This document shows, piece by piece, positions 1-12,280 of a stretch of DNA of 64,000 nt. Location of the stretch: the NCBI RefSeq assembly GCF_006345805.1, contig NC_043008.1, forward strand, positions 24,800,001-24,864,000. The letters run 5' to 3'. Numbering within the stretch: position 1 is the first letter of the stretch; each line of letters opens with the position of its first letter. The translations under genes were made by a program, and so were the position numbers. Below the pieces are notes generated by a model, which made no database searches, was not told the DNA's origin, and saw only the letters and a list, made by a program, of their open reading frames with translations. This stretch comes from Octopus sinensis (Eukaryota).

Positions 1-190
1 ATTCTAACTGGGCCCCACCTGCAAGGTCATGTGCTGTTTATCTTGATATGAGATCACCATGTCGCGCACATATGGTTGTGATGCATGTGCCTGGTGTACC
101 TTTATCAGACGGGTAGTCATGATGGGTATATTGGGCTTCGTATATTTTACCCCAGTGTCACTTTGATGGCATGAACTGCTCTCTCACTCA
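1..190 (+). mobile_element. 3' part of a ~490-bp non-coding, TAA-flanked interspersed repeat (copy runs off the window start)
   Basis: Matches 7070-7259 and the reverse complement of 732-921; ends in ...CTCTCTCACTCA followed by (ATA)n. Confidence 0.85.
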
Positions 191-264
191 ATAATAATAA
201 TAATAATAATAATAGGTGATGGTGATAATGATAAAAATAATAGCACAGGAATCTGAGGCCCAAC

Positions 265-685
265 TACCTCTAAATGCAGGGATTTGGAAATAAAATTTGG
301 ACAGAAGAATAAACACACAATGAAAAGCCCCCTGGATTGATAGAATATCTACAGAACTGGTCTCCTTAGAGGAGCAAAAGTGGGAGGGTGTCAAGGTAGA
401 AGATATAAGATCTGCTCTCAGGATGTCAAGCAAATGGAAGTCTCCAGGAAAAGATAAAATTCCTAACCTCTGGTTGAATGCCTTCCCAGAGAGCCATGAA
501 CTGCTAACAGAACTTTACAATGATGTTTTGCAACACCCTAGAAGGATGCCTGCTTGGATAGTAAATGGGTTAACATTCCTGCTTTCAAAAAGTGAAGAAA
601 CAAATGAACCGAAAAACTATAGACCCATAACTTGCTTAACAGCTATGTATAAAACGCTAACATCTGTCCTGACGGAATATACCAT
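265..685 (+). mobile_element. Internal fragment of an R4/Dong-type non-LTR retrotransposon (pre-RT/RT N-terminal region)
   Basis: ORF 423-734 reads WKSPGKDKIPNLWLNAF...PKNYRPITCL (non-LTR RT domain 0-1 pattern); closely similar by eye to the reverse complement of ~3520-3900. Confidence 0.85.
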
Positions 686-731
686 GTGCTGCTTATCTTC
701 ATATGAGTATCTATACAGTTATTATTATTAT

Positions 732-1200
732 TGAGTGAGAGAGCAGTTCATGCCATCAAAGTGACACTGGGGTAAAATATACGAAGCCCAATATACCCAT
801 CATGACTACCCGTCTGATAAGGGTACACCAGGCACATGCATCACAACCATATGTGCGCGACATGGTGATCTCATATCAAGATAAACAGCGCATGACCTTG
901 CAGGTGGGGCCCAGTTAGAATTTTCTTCAGGTTGAGTAGCCCATCCCGCTCAAACGGTCCCTGAATAAGGGTTGTTTAAGGATGTTGAAAAAAACACCCA
1001 TGTTTCCAGAGGTGAACTATTCAAACCCCAAAGAATCCCTCTCAACATATGGCTATGATGCTCTCCCACTTCTTCTGCTTGTGATCAAAGCTGCACATAT
1101 CGTCAGCCACTAAGGAACATGGTCAACTGGTTAAAGTCAAACAGCTGACAAGCAAATCTGTGGTATTGAGCAGAATATTTGCTGTAGCCCATCTTTTATA
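732..1200 (-). mobile_element. Second copy of the TAA-flanked non-coding repeat, 5'-truncated
   Basis: Reverse complement aligns with 6870-7259 over most of its length; 732-921 is the inverse of 1-190 with 2 mismatches. Confidence 0.85.
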
Positions 1201-1224
1201 TTCTTCTTTTCTCCTCTTCTTCTT

Positions 1225-1255
<31 letters not shown>

Positions 1256-1269
1256 TTATTATTATTATA

Positions 1270-1312
<43 letters not shown>
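1201..1312 (-). repeat. Compound (TAA)n-(GAA)n array forming the 3' tail of the adjacent LINE
   Basis: The + strand reads (TTC)n then (TTA)n, directly abutting the LINE 3' UTR at 1313. Confidence 0.9.
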
Positions 1313-1315
<3 letters not shown>

Positions 1316-3960
1316 GTTTGACTTTTGCTTTACATGTGCACAAGCTGGCTCCAAGTCTCACCCAGAGACATCAAGAGACAACAAGTTGGAAGTCCATGTT
1401 GGTGTTATGCTTAGGGTGCCATATATTTGGTTTTGTACTTAGTGTTGTACTAGTGAATGCCAAAAAAAAACCATACGAAAATTGTTTGTTTTAAAACTTG
1501 AGATTTCATAGAAATAATTTTCGTAGGATATGAGCAGTTCCCATGAGCACTATCTTCTGACTTTCTTCCACTTTGGGGTTTCCTGGTATCTGAGTTAGGT
1601 AGCAATCAGCCCCTTTTGCTATCATTTCCAGGGCACCTATGACAACAGGTATTGTTTTAGTCGTCAGGTTCCACATTTTGCTGATTTCTATTTCAAGATC
1701 TTTATACTTGCTCAGTTTCTGGTAGGTCTTGACAGATACATTTATATCGATTGGGACAGTCACATCAATGAGGAGGCATGTTTTTTGTCTTAAGTCTTTT
1801 ACTATGATGTCTGGCCTATTCGCATCTATCTTTCTGTCAGTTTGAATGGTAAAGTTCCAGAGGAGTGAGATGTGGTCATTTTCAAGCACTGGAGGTGGTT
1901 TGTGTTCCCACCAGTTTTTATCATGAGGCAAGTCCAGATTTTTGCAAATTATTCAGTAAATATATTGTGCAGCTCTATCATGCCTGTTGAGATACTCTGT
2001 AGACGCTAAAAGACTGCACTTGTAGACAACATGATCAATTGTTTCAGTTTGTTGTTGACATACACGACATGTTGGGCTACTGCCGTTCTTTAATATGTTG
2101 GCCAGGTAGTTCCTTGTTGGTAGGCATTGATCTTGAGCTGCTATGATAAACACTTCTGTTTCAGATTTTAAGCCAGAGGCCATTAGCCATTGATGGGTCA
2201 GGGCTTTGTCAACATCTGCATTATTCACTCTCTTTGTGTATTTGACATAGAGAGGGTTTTCTTGCCATTTATTATTCAGAATATCTAAGGCCGCAGTTTT
2301 AGCACGGGTTTTCATGCGCTTAGCTTTTTCTGTGCTTGTTTCCTGTGTGTCTAATTCCGAAATTTGTTGTATTCGGAATTCACTCAGATATTCCTTTGCC
2401 TGTTTTGTAACTGAGTATGATGCGTTCTTGTTTTCATGTTTTGAGACAAGTTTCAACATCCAGTCCTCGGAGTTTTTCAGGTAGATGTCTAGGCCAATTG
2501 TAGCAACCTTCATTGTTATTGCCAGTTGTAAAAGCCCACGGCCTCCCTCTTTTCTTGGAAGATAAAGTCGTTCTATATCTGCCTTAGGGTCGTGCATTCT
2601 ATGCATTGTCAACAGTTTACGTATTTTTCTGTCAAGATTACATATTTCAGTAATTGACCAGTTAACGATATTGAAACTGTAAGTCACGACTGGTATGGCT
2701 AAAGCATTGATCGCTTCGATCCTTTTTCTCGCATTCAGCTCTGTCTTGAGAATTGCTCTTACTCAGCGATAGCATTCTTTCCTGCTCCTTTCGTTCATCA
2801 TTGAATGCCTTATTCCATCCCCTCCAATTACCCCTAGGTACTTGCAGCTCTCCGCTGGGTATAACTATTTTATACCATTATGCTGGTCGAGGTAAACGTT
2901 AGATGTTTCTGTCATTTTTCCTTTGATAAAAGTAGCTTTTGCACATTTATCTAGGCCAAATTGCATTCTGATGTCATCGCTGAATTGTTTAACAATCGTT
3001 AGTAAGCCCTTGAGTTGTTGATAATTTTTTGCAAAGAGCTTTAAATCATCCATGTAAATGAGATGATTTATATTTTTATCAAACATGTTATATCCGTACT
3101 GCGCGTCATTGAGCAATTTTGAGAGAGGTATTAACGCTAAACAAAAGAGGAGTGGTGATAGTGAGTCGCCCTGGAAAATGCCACGTGATATTTTTACATC
3201 ACCAGCATTTAGAGATTCATCGTCACTGTTCAAATTTAATGTGGTTCTACATGATCTAAAAACTTGCAGACAAAACGTTTCGCAGAGTAGGTGCTACTTT
3301 GTACACCTCCAGGCATTTCTTTATGCAGCTATGTGGTAGGCTATCAAAAGCCTTTTTATAGTCTATCCAGGCTATTGACAGGTTTTTGTGTCGTTTGTAA
3401 CATTCTTCTAAGACCGTCTTATTGATGAATAGCTGATCATTACAACCATAGGATCCCTGTTTACATCCTTTCCGTTCATTAAGAAATATGCTGCTGTCTA
3501 TTAAAAAACTACATGTACACTCCGTCAGGACAGATGTTAGCGTTTTATACATAGTTGTTAAGCAGGTTATGGTTCTATAGTTTTTTGGTTCATTTGTTTC
3601 TTCACTTTTTGGGAGCAAGAATGTTAAACCATTAATTATCCAAGCAGGCATCCTACTAGGGTGTTGCAAAACATCATTGTAAAGTTCTATTAGCAGTTCG
3701 CGACTCTCTGGGAAGGCATTCAACCAGAAGTTAGGTATTTTATGCTTTCCTGGAGACTTCCATTTGCTTGACCTCCTGAGAGCAGATCTTACATCTTCTA
3801 CCTTGACACCCTATCACTTTTGCTCCTCTAAGGAGTGCAAGTCCGTATCTATTCTATCAATCCAAGGGGCCTTTTCGTTGTGTGTTTTTTTTCAAAAACC
3901 GTGCAATTCGTCTTTTGATGGTACAGACTTTACAGTAACTGGTGTTTTCCCTATCTTCCT
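1313..3960 (-). mobile_element. 5'-truncated, frameshifted R4/Dong-clade non-LTR retrotransposon (RT + CCHC + restriction-like endonuclease)
   Basis: Consecutive minus-strand ORFs: KKAFDSL (3256-3723); GIFQGDSLSP and YMDDLKLFA (2865-3233); CRVCQQQTETIDHVVYKC zinc knuckle (1953-2687); RPDIIVKD...LIDVTVP PD-(D/E)xK nuclease (1506-1931). Then a ~190-bp 3' UTR and TAA tail. Confidence 0.92.
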
Positions 3961-4139
3961 GTAAAATACTATTCGAGATATTACATAGATGATTATTCAT
4001 ATATAAAACCAGTAGTAAAATTAGTATATAAACTAAGTAAATCTCTTGCGGTATTTTGTTGCATAGATGTACGTCTTGATATCAAATTTCACAGAAATTA
4101 ATTCCCTTTACTATACGGACTTCGAGATCACATCTATAT

Positions 4140-4900
4140 ATAGACACCAATTACTCAAAAACAAAAGTGACCTCTAGTGATGAAAAGGACATCCTTGATG
4201 CAGTGAGTTTGGCTTTCTGAAAACAGTTTCAATAGACGACTATATTACATTGACCGCAGAGGAGATGCTTGATGCACACTGAAGCGATACACTGTCTAAA
4301 ATCGAGATCGAAATTATTGCATTAAAATAGCGTTAATTTACCAGGGTCAACGCTGCAGAAAATTTTGGAATGATGATATAAATGAATCGGAATCCTAACA
4401 ACACCAGTTTTGTTACATACCACGTATTGCAAAAGGTGAAGATAATCGTGGAAAAATTTGCAGTGAATTTCACATGTCTGTGCCCAACTGATGTCATGAT
4501 TATTCACATACATCTTTCTAGAGAAATTCTGTATCTTTGCCAATATCCCCTGTCAAGAGGCAAGTGTGATAGATGACAGTCATCTTTCACAGAGGAGAAG
4601 AAGCCTTACATCCACCCAAAAGCTTATTCAGCAGACCACTCCAACCAAGCGATTTTACTTTTGAATTACTATTCACTATCATAATAACATCATTCAGTTG
4701 CAGCTATCGATTTGTTAGACACATTGGCTATTCTGTCGAGACCACTTCAGTTATTTTACCTTGGACCGTGAAGTAAGCACTAGCAATCGCAATTTCCGAT
4801 TTAACAGTATCCCCAGATAGCTGGTCAAAATGCTGCTAAAAGACTTTACACTTGTAATCTGAAACAAATCGGATGTACGTCTCGTATACTTCCCAGCACT
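4140..4900 (+). pseudogene. Possible heavily decayed piggyBac-like transposase remnant
   Basis: Fragments in different frames resemble PGBD motifs: LQKVKIIVEKFAVNF (cf. L.KIRP..D...F), IPCQEASVID (cf. P...SIDE), RFNSIPR*LVKMLLK (cf. RKNR.GIP..L). No TTAA or TIR identified. Confidence 0.3.
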
Positions 4901-6710
4901 GAAATGGGTTACTAAGTTTAGGAAGGGAATGGCACAAAATGTATACTCTTAGTAATTTACTTAGCACTCTTGAAAATTTATCGAAACCCACGATATAATA
5001 TGGTTAGACCTAAAAACCTGAAATTAGCTTATACTTTAAATACATTTCCCCTATTCTGTTTGTTGATGAGAAGAAATCACTTCTGAAACCTAGTTCTAAA
5101 CACTATGGACTGAATGCCCACTTATCAAAATAAGTATTCACTTCTCTCCGGATCGAAAAAATTATATGTATATGTGCGTGTCTTTGTGCATGCGTGTATG
5201 TATGTATGAGTGTGTGTGTGGCGGGGCATGTGTGTGTACATACATATTTCAATAGCAGATGTACTGAATGTCGTGCGGGATACATTCATTATTTTCCTCA
5301 TTGAAAATGTCTAGGAACTGGAAATAATTGTGAAAAACTCATCTGGAAGAGAGATTACTTACAATTTCACTGTGGAAATATGATATTCAGCAATAAAATA
5401 ATTAGATGTTTTTATTCTGAGGCGAAAGATACCGCAGACGCGTTTTGGCCTAAGGTTAGCTTCATCAACATAGTATATTATATTTCTTTCTTCTCTTTTT
5501 CGAACAGATTTGGATAATCTACAAATAGAGAAAGGGTTTAGTACCGTCATGGCCAAGATCAATTTGCAAGAACAAAGAGAAATAAAAATGGGCAAAAAAG
5601 AATCAGATAACTGACACTGTTATCAGTCAGTTGCAAGACTTCTGATGATACTTGCGGTGAGCCATTGACGTAAGCACTGAGATTCCCCGTTTATATAATA
5701 CACACATGACTAAGCTAAGTGCTGCGAAAAATAACACAATTTCTATGGAATCAAATAACATGCATTGGTTATATTTAGTCAAAAATCTAACTAGACTTTA
5801 GATTTAATGTGGCACATCCGTCACTCTTACTCATCGAACTGCTTTTGTTACTTCGTATTCAAATGAACTCTTCTTAACTTTGACACCACAAAATCAATGT
5901 GCTTTGCGTCGAAAAAGTATTCGAGTCGCATTTTCCATGCAAACACGTTGCTGGTGATGCCTTTCCTAATCACCTTTTCTAAACTATTTAATAACTCGCT
6001 CTTGGTGAATATAGAAACTTCACACAAACATTTTTCAAACATGTAAAATATATATAATCTTTATTTTCCCCGTCAATTGATCAATATTCTTCACTGGTTT
6101 ATTTTCATATGTTCGATGTTGATTGCGCTAAGAAGAAAAAGTATTTATGTTCCAACAAATATACATTAAAATATACATTAAAATAGATGAATCTGAAAGA
6201 TTAAGAGTATCAGGCTCATCGTTGAATAGAATGTTCCTTGTCCACTTTCCTGATTCACTTAAATTATATGAGATCGATGAAAATATAATATCATTTATTC
6301 CGTTTTATATCTTGGCAGCAAAATCAGCTTCGACAACTGATGGACACCATTTCACACATGAGGTTACTTACCGAACATTTATAAATGTCAAATGAGGTTA
6401 AATATTTGTTTAATCGTTTTGAAATAAATTTGGCAACAATTTCAATTTCTGATCTTAATATTCTCAATCATTGATAAAAATATATCTTACTCTGTGTGTG
6501 TGTGAGAGAGAGAGGGGTGAGGGAGAGAGAGAACGAGAGAGAAAGAGAGAGAAATAGAGAAAGAGAGAGAGATGCTTAAGAATCTTCGCTTTTCGTGAGT
6601 AGATTGCAATCACTCAATATTTATATAATATTTAACAAATGTTTACTAAAAAATAGGCGCGTGTTATATTGAAGGGGGTACTGATAACATGAATAATAAT
6701 AATAATATTG

Positions 6711-6771
<61 letters not shown>

Positions 6772-6773
<2 letters not shown>

Positions 6774-7259
6774 GCCTTGATGCAGTACCAGACAGTGGCT
6801 CTCATGGCTTTGATCTTAACTGATTGGAAGTGTTATCATGTACATTGTTTTGTCTTGGTATAAAAGATGGGCTACAGCAAATATTCTGCTCAATACCACA
6901 GATTTGCTTGTCAGCTGTTTGACCTTAACTAGTTGACGATGTCCTTTAGTGTCTGGCAATATGTGCATCTCTGATCACGAGCAGAAGAAGTGGGGGAGCA
7001 TCATAGACATGTGTTGAGAGGGATTCTTTGGTGTTTGAATAATTGGGATTGGTTACTCGACTAGAAGAAAATTCTAACTGGGCCCCACCTGCAAGGCCAT
7101 GTTCAGTTTATTTTGATATGAGATCGCCATGTCGGGCACATATGGTTGTGATGCATGTGCCTAGTGTATCCTTCTCAGACGGTAGTCATCATGGGTATAC
7201 TGGGCTTCGTATATTTTACCCCAGTGTCACTTTGATGGCATGCACTGCTCTCTCACTCA
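6772..7259 (+). mobile_element. Most complete copy (~490 bp) of the non-coding repeat, with (TAA)n on both sides
   Basis: Preceded by the (TAA)n array 6702-6771 and followed by AATAATAATAAT; shares sequence with 1-190 and 732-1200; no meaningful ORF. Confidence 0.85.
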
Positions 7260-7304
7260 ATAATAATAATGAAATAAAACAGGAAATGAACAAAAAAAAA
7301 GAAA

Positions 7305-8105
7305 GCATTGGAGGAAAAGAAAATGTACGGTCAGTTTGCAATTGATGTGAACGCGAAGATAGATACAGATGACTGGTGGCTATGATTGACGAGGAGTGAC
7401 CTGAAGATAGAGACACAGGCACTTCGTATGTGTAGTTCAGGAAAAAGCGTTAGGGACCAGCTATACGAAGTGTTGAACAGAAGAGACTACCGATAGCGAC
7501 AAATGCAGAATGTATGGTGAAAGGGGTAAAACGATATGGCACATCGTTAGTGAGTGCCCGAAATTGGCACAACGCTAATATGAAAGACGCCATGATAATA
7601 TGGCAAGAATGGTCCATTGGGAGCTGTGTGGAAATCACGGCTTACAAAGAGCAAAAAATGGGGGTTTGAGAAAACTCCAGGAGTCATTGAAAATGAGAAT
7701 TTCAAAATCCAGGGGGATGCAATAATCCAGTGCGATCACACGACAAGACATCAGAAAGTCGGACATTGTTGTGGTGAATAAAAAAGAAAGGACATGTATG
7801 ATAATCGACATAGCATGTCCCGGTAACAAAAAAGGCCGATGAAAAAGAAGAAACAATAAACAACTATGACGAGTTGAAGTTAGAAATGCGAAGGTTGTGG
7901 TCAATGAAAAGAGTAGACGTGATACTAATAGTAATTGGTTTACTTGGAAGTATCAGCACTCAACTGCCAGCATGGTTGAATAAGATTAGTGTAAGTGTGA
8001 AGGTAGAATGCTTACAAAATCAGTATTGCCTTAGTCTGCTGGCTGTGGACAACTGACACTTTCATCATATCCAGCAAAATAAGCTGTGAGTTTTCATATA
8101 ATAAC
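7305..8105 (+). mobile_element. Decayed 3' fragment of an RLE-type LINE (second subfamily)
   Basis: Encodes remnants of CRM.G....WHIVSECPKLAQ and RPDIVVVNKKERTCMIIDIACP; the 3' UTR (CTGCTGGCTGTGGAC...AAAATAAGCTGTG) is shared with 14290-15115 and 16835-17210; ends at TAA-like repeats. Confidence 0.8.
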
Positions 8106-8127
8106 AATAATGATTTCAAATTTTGTC

Positions 8128-8290
8128 ACACAGGCAACATGGGGGAGAGGATTAAGGCGATTACATCCACCCCAGTGCGTAGCTAGTACGTATTCAATTG
8201 ACCCCGAAAGGATGAAAGGCAAAATGGAACTCGGCGGAATTTGAACTAAGAACGTAGCAGCAGACGAAATACCGCTAAACATTTCGCCCG
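8128..8290 (-). mobile_element. Partial, diverged tRNA-derived SINE (family 1)
   Basis: Reverse complement contains the B-box (GTTCAAATTCC) and the GGGGTCGAT core seen in other copies. Confidence 0.7.
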
Positions 8291-8334
8291 ACTTGATGAC
8301 AATGATGATGATGATGATGATGAGGATGATGATG

Positions 8335-8391
<57 letters not shown>

Positions 8392-8508
8392 TTATAATAA
8401 TAATAACCAGCTGGACCCGTGAAAAATTCACGGGAAATATAAAAAATGTAAGCATCTGTAAATTGTGTGCTTGTGCCATGAGGAAAGGTTCTATATTGTG
8501 ACAGTTAA

Positions 8509-8720
8509 AGGCGGCGAGCTGGCAGAATCGTTAGCACGCTGGGCGAAATGTTTAGCCGTATTTCGTCTGTCCTTACGTTTTGAGTTCAAATTCTGCCAAG
8601 GTCGACTTTGCCATTTATCCTTTCAGGGTCGATAAATTAAGTACCAGTTGCGTACTCGGGTCGATCTAATCGACTTGCACGCTTCCCGCCAAAATTTCAA
8701 CACTTGTGCCTACAGTAGAA
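8509..8720 (+). mobile_element. tRNA-derived SINE (family 1)
   Basis: A-box-like GGCGAGCTGGCAGAATCG and B-box GAGTTCAAATTC; homologous to the 32570 and 38455 copies. Confidence 0.85.
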
Positions 8721-8892
8721 AAGTATATTGTGAGTTACAGAATACAGAAAGAAATGTAAAACCGATAACTATATAATCCAACCAAAATATCTCAGTTGCG
8801 CAAACGTAAACAGAATTACTATTTAGTCTTAAAATACGTCGTACATATTCAGTGAACCCTCTTGGTTTAGTGGTACGGAAATATTTTCTCGT

Positions 8893-9330
<438 letters not shown>

Positions 9331-9334
9331 GGAA

Positions 9335-9722
9335 GTGGTGGTGATGTTGGCTGGTGCGATTTTGAGGATTGCTGGTATGCCGAGAGCGATCCAGCTCTGT
9401 TTCTCATATTTTTGAAGTACAGCTGCCTTTGCTCTTGAATCATGTGTTCTTGATTTTGTTGATCTCTAACTTTTTTATTTTGAAAATACACTTCTCTTTG
9501 GTCCTGGTTCATTTGTTCTATACTTCGCTAATTTCATTCCCTCCTATGCTGTAGGACATGTTCTCTCTGCTCTTGGTTTATTTCGTTTCTTTTCTGCCTC
9601 AGCCCCGCTCGATTTTGATTCCTTATTTTTACCCGCTGTTCCTTGTACAACCGTTCTCTCCTTCTTCGCTGACGCCCTCGTGCCGCGTTACTCATGCAAT
9701 TTTCCAAACAATAAATCTCCAA
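9335..9722 (-). pseudogene. Decayed ORF with four 23-aa repeats (STPR-like), probably the N-terminus of a Helitron-associated protein
   Basis: ORFs 9534-9722 and 9036-9512 are one reading frame broken by TGA (9534-9536) and TAG (9528-9530); the (E/D)QR motif recurs exactly every 23 codons. Confidence 0.6.
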
Positions 9723-10645
9723 AATTATTGCGTGTGTTTCAATTGAAAAACATATACTGATGTATTAGACAGATTTTGTTTGAAAGGTGAAAATATTTCT
9801 GAAATAATTACCTAATATGCAAGTACACAGTATATAGGATACGGTAATTAATTATATTGTAAGAAAGGGAAAAGTAAAGGGAAAAATAAAATTAATATTT
9901 TTTATTTTGATCGGCTCTATGAATTTAATATTTTTTAATGCTTTCATCAGATACTTGATAAAAGAAAAAAGAATTTCGAAAGATCCTGACCAAACAGAAA
10001 TTCTACTTAACAAAATATAGAAAGAGCTTATTTCCACTACGCGACACTTCTTATAGCACACACACAAGTACATACACACATACATTCATGTGTGTGTGCA
10101 TATATGTATGTATATAAATATATGTGTATATATGCATGTGTTTGTGTCTTTTAGTTTTTGTTTACTTATGCACATCAACAAATGAGCCAATGGAACAACT
10201 CTGTGCGGTCGTTAAAAGTAACAACATTCCTTTCAACAATTTCGTTCTCTTAAGTGCGACGCACGCGTCAGGTACGTACTATAAAAATGGCGTTAAAAAT
10301 TATTGATATCAATAATAATAATAATAGTAATAATAATAATAATAATAATATAATAATAATAATAAGGGATTAAAGAATCCAGGCAGATATCAATGAAACT
10401 CTGTTTCGAAATAATTGAAACGGAGCCCCAGGCATCTAGGTTCTTACCGTTGTCAATGGGGGAAATTATTTTAACTTAGTCGCTTTGAAAGTGTATTTTC
10501 GGAATTATGAATTTCAATGATAATTACTATATTTAAATATGTTGATACAACAGAAGCAATTGTCTGCTTTGTAAGGTGAATTCTACAAATTAAGATGTGA
10601 CTTTATAAGTATTGTTGATGTATATACAAATGCATACATACATAC

Positions 10646-10681
<36 letters not shown>

Positions 10682-10939
10682 CTTCGGCCGTAGGAAGTTG
10701 AAATTTGATAGCTTTGTGATGAGTGGTCACTCTACATCCATCCATCGCTACAGGTTTATAGCTTTATGTTTTATAGAGTGTATGTGCGTGGATATACACA
10801 CACATATATACATACATACATACATACATACATACATACATACATACATACATACATGCATACACAGGCGTATGTACGTACATGCATACGTACATACATA
10901 CATACACACATGTATGCATACATACACACATACATACGT

Positions 10940-11175
10940 ACATATATATGACGAACTAACTGTTACTTTCTTAGATGCAGCACGGACTTTGTCAGTGAAC
11001 AGGTCGCGGATTTTAGCGACGAAAATATTTTGACAAATTAAACTTAAATGTTGAAGTGAATCGAACGGCTTTTGTGTGTTTCTTAAATGGCTTATAAACA
11101 CCTTCCACGCTGCAATTGTTTTCGTTTCAGCACACGATCTCAGATCAAATTACTTGCTATGCGAGTACATCTCCG
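10940..11175 (+). mobile_element. Short interspersed repeat, probably a PLE pseudo-LTR or retrozyme-like unit
   Basis: Contains the hammerhead fold below and lies between microsatellites. Assignment to PLEs is inference from the HHR architecture. Confidence 0.5.
10988..11037 (+). ncRNA. Minimal type I hammerhead ribozyme-like fold with variant core GUGAACA
   Basis: Stem I TTTGTCA (10988-94)/TGACAAA (11031-37); core GTGAACA (10995-11001); one extra G; stem II GTCGC/GCGAC; GAAA (11021-24); palindromic ATAT; then TT. Confidence 0.6.
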
Positions 11176-11192
11176 TAATATATATATATAGC

Positions 11193-11257
<65 letters not shown>

Positions 11258-11494
11258 GCATTTTACATATATATATATATGTAAAATCCACCATATCTGT
11301 CTAGTGTCACCCCCTGTGGGATTCGAAGATATTGATGTGTCTAGCTCTTTCAGAGTTATCAATGGGAAATATCTCAGAGTGACAATTCTGGACAGACCCT
11401 AGGGCTATGGCGTTAAATAAAATACAGTTGATATATATATACGAGTGAGTGGGCAAACGAAAGAAAGGCATTCAACAAATTTCAATCAAAACAA

Positions 11495-11585
11495 TTTGAT
11501 TCAAATTCGTTGCTACTTCAAATTCAAAATATCTGAAGACTAGCATCGCGATTGAAACTCGGACTACCCACGAATTTGAATCAAA
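11495..11585 (+). repeat. 16-bp perfect inverted repeat enclosing a degenerate CTGAAGA...GAAA hammerhead-like core
   Basis: TTTGATTCAAATTCGT (11495-11510) versus ACGAATTTGAATCAAA (11570-11585); CTGAAGA at 11533-39 and GAAA at 11554-57; stem II poorly paired. Confidence 0.5.
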
Positions 11586-11924
11586 CTGCTTATATATATG
11601 AATGTATATATATATATATATGAAACGGTTATTTTAAATACTTTTCTCGGTGTATTGCGTAATCCTTTCTCTTTTTGTCTTGTGTGATTTTATTTTTGAT
11701 CTATATAAATGAAGATATTTCCTCCGTCTGGCCGTTTCTCACTATGCAAAACGGAACGCTACATTGCGGCACATACATTTTAATGAGTTGTATTTATTTA
11801 TCACACGACGAACCAGTTGTTTTGTGTCCCACCCAAGAGGAATCGATGGTAGGTGTGTCGCAACAATTGTCGTGATTTATAAATAAATTCTCGAATATTC
11901 CATCCTCTGTCTTTCATTTGCTAC

Positions 11925-11961
<37 letters not shown>

Positions 11962-12119
11962 TATATATATATATATAAATATATAAATAATTATATATAT
12001 ATATATATATATATAAATAATTATATATATATATGTACATATATATATATATATATATACATTATACATATATGTATATATATATATATTATATTATATA
12101 TATATATTATATATGTATA

Positions 12120-12176
<57 letters not shown>

Positions 12177-12204
12177 GATATATATATATATAATATATAT
12201 ATAA

Positions 12205-12278
<74 letters not shown>

Positions 12279-12280
12279 TA

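Noticed and set aside
5641-5690. Other CTGATGA/CTGAAGA heptamers (also ~7401, 12368, 38053, 54853)
   Set aside because: No paired stem II followed by GAAA; most lie inside unrelated TE coding sequence.
5359-6042. Short ORFs with IIYYVDEA (Tc1/IS630-like) and AWKMRLEYF (hAT-like) hints
   Set aside because: Single weak motifs with no supporting neighbours or terminal repeats.
6772-6850. Faint resemblance of the companion repeat's end (reverse strand) to U2 snRNA segments
   Set aside because: Only two short matches with wrong spacing; no Sm site or U2 stem architecture.
8509-8620. A/B boxes suggesting tRNA genes (also at 32570, 34320 and 38455)
   Set aside because: No cloverleaf or anticodon arm; the boxes lead into SINE bodies.
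10180-10292. CCAAT, CpG cluster, CAG|GTACGT donor, TATAAAA and AAAATGGCG (YY1-like) close together
   Set aside because: Short motifs are expected by chance in AT-rich DNA, the order is inconsistent with a single promoter, and no downstream exon was found.
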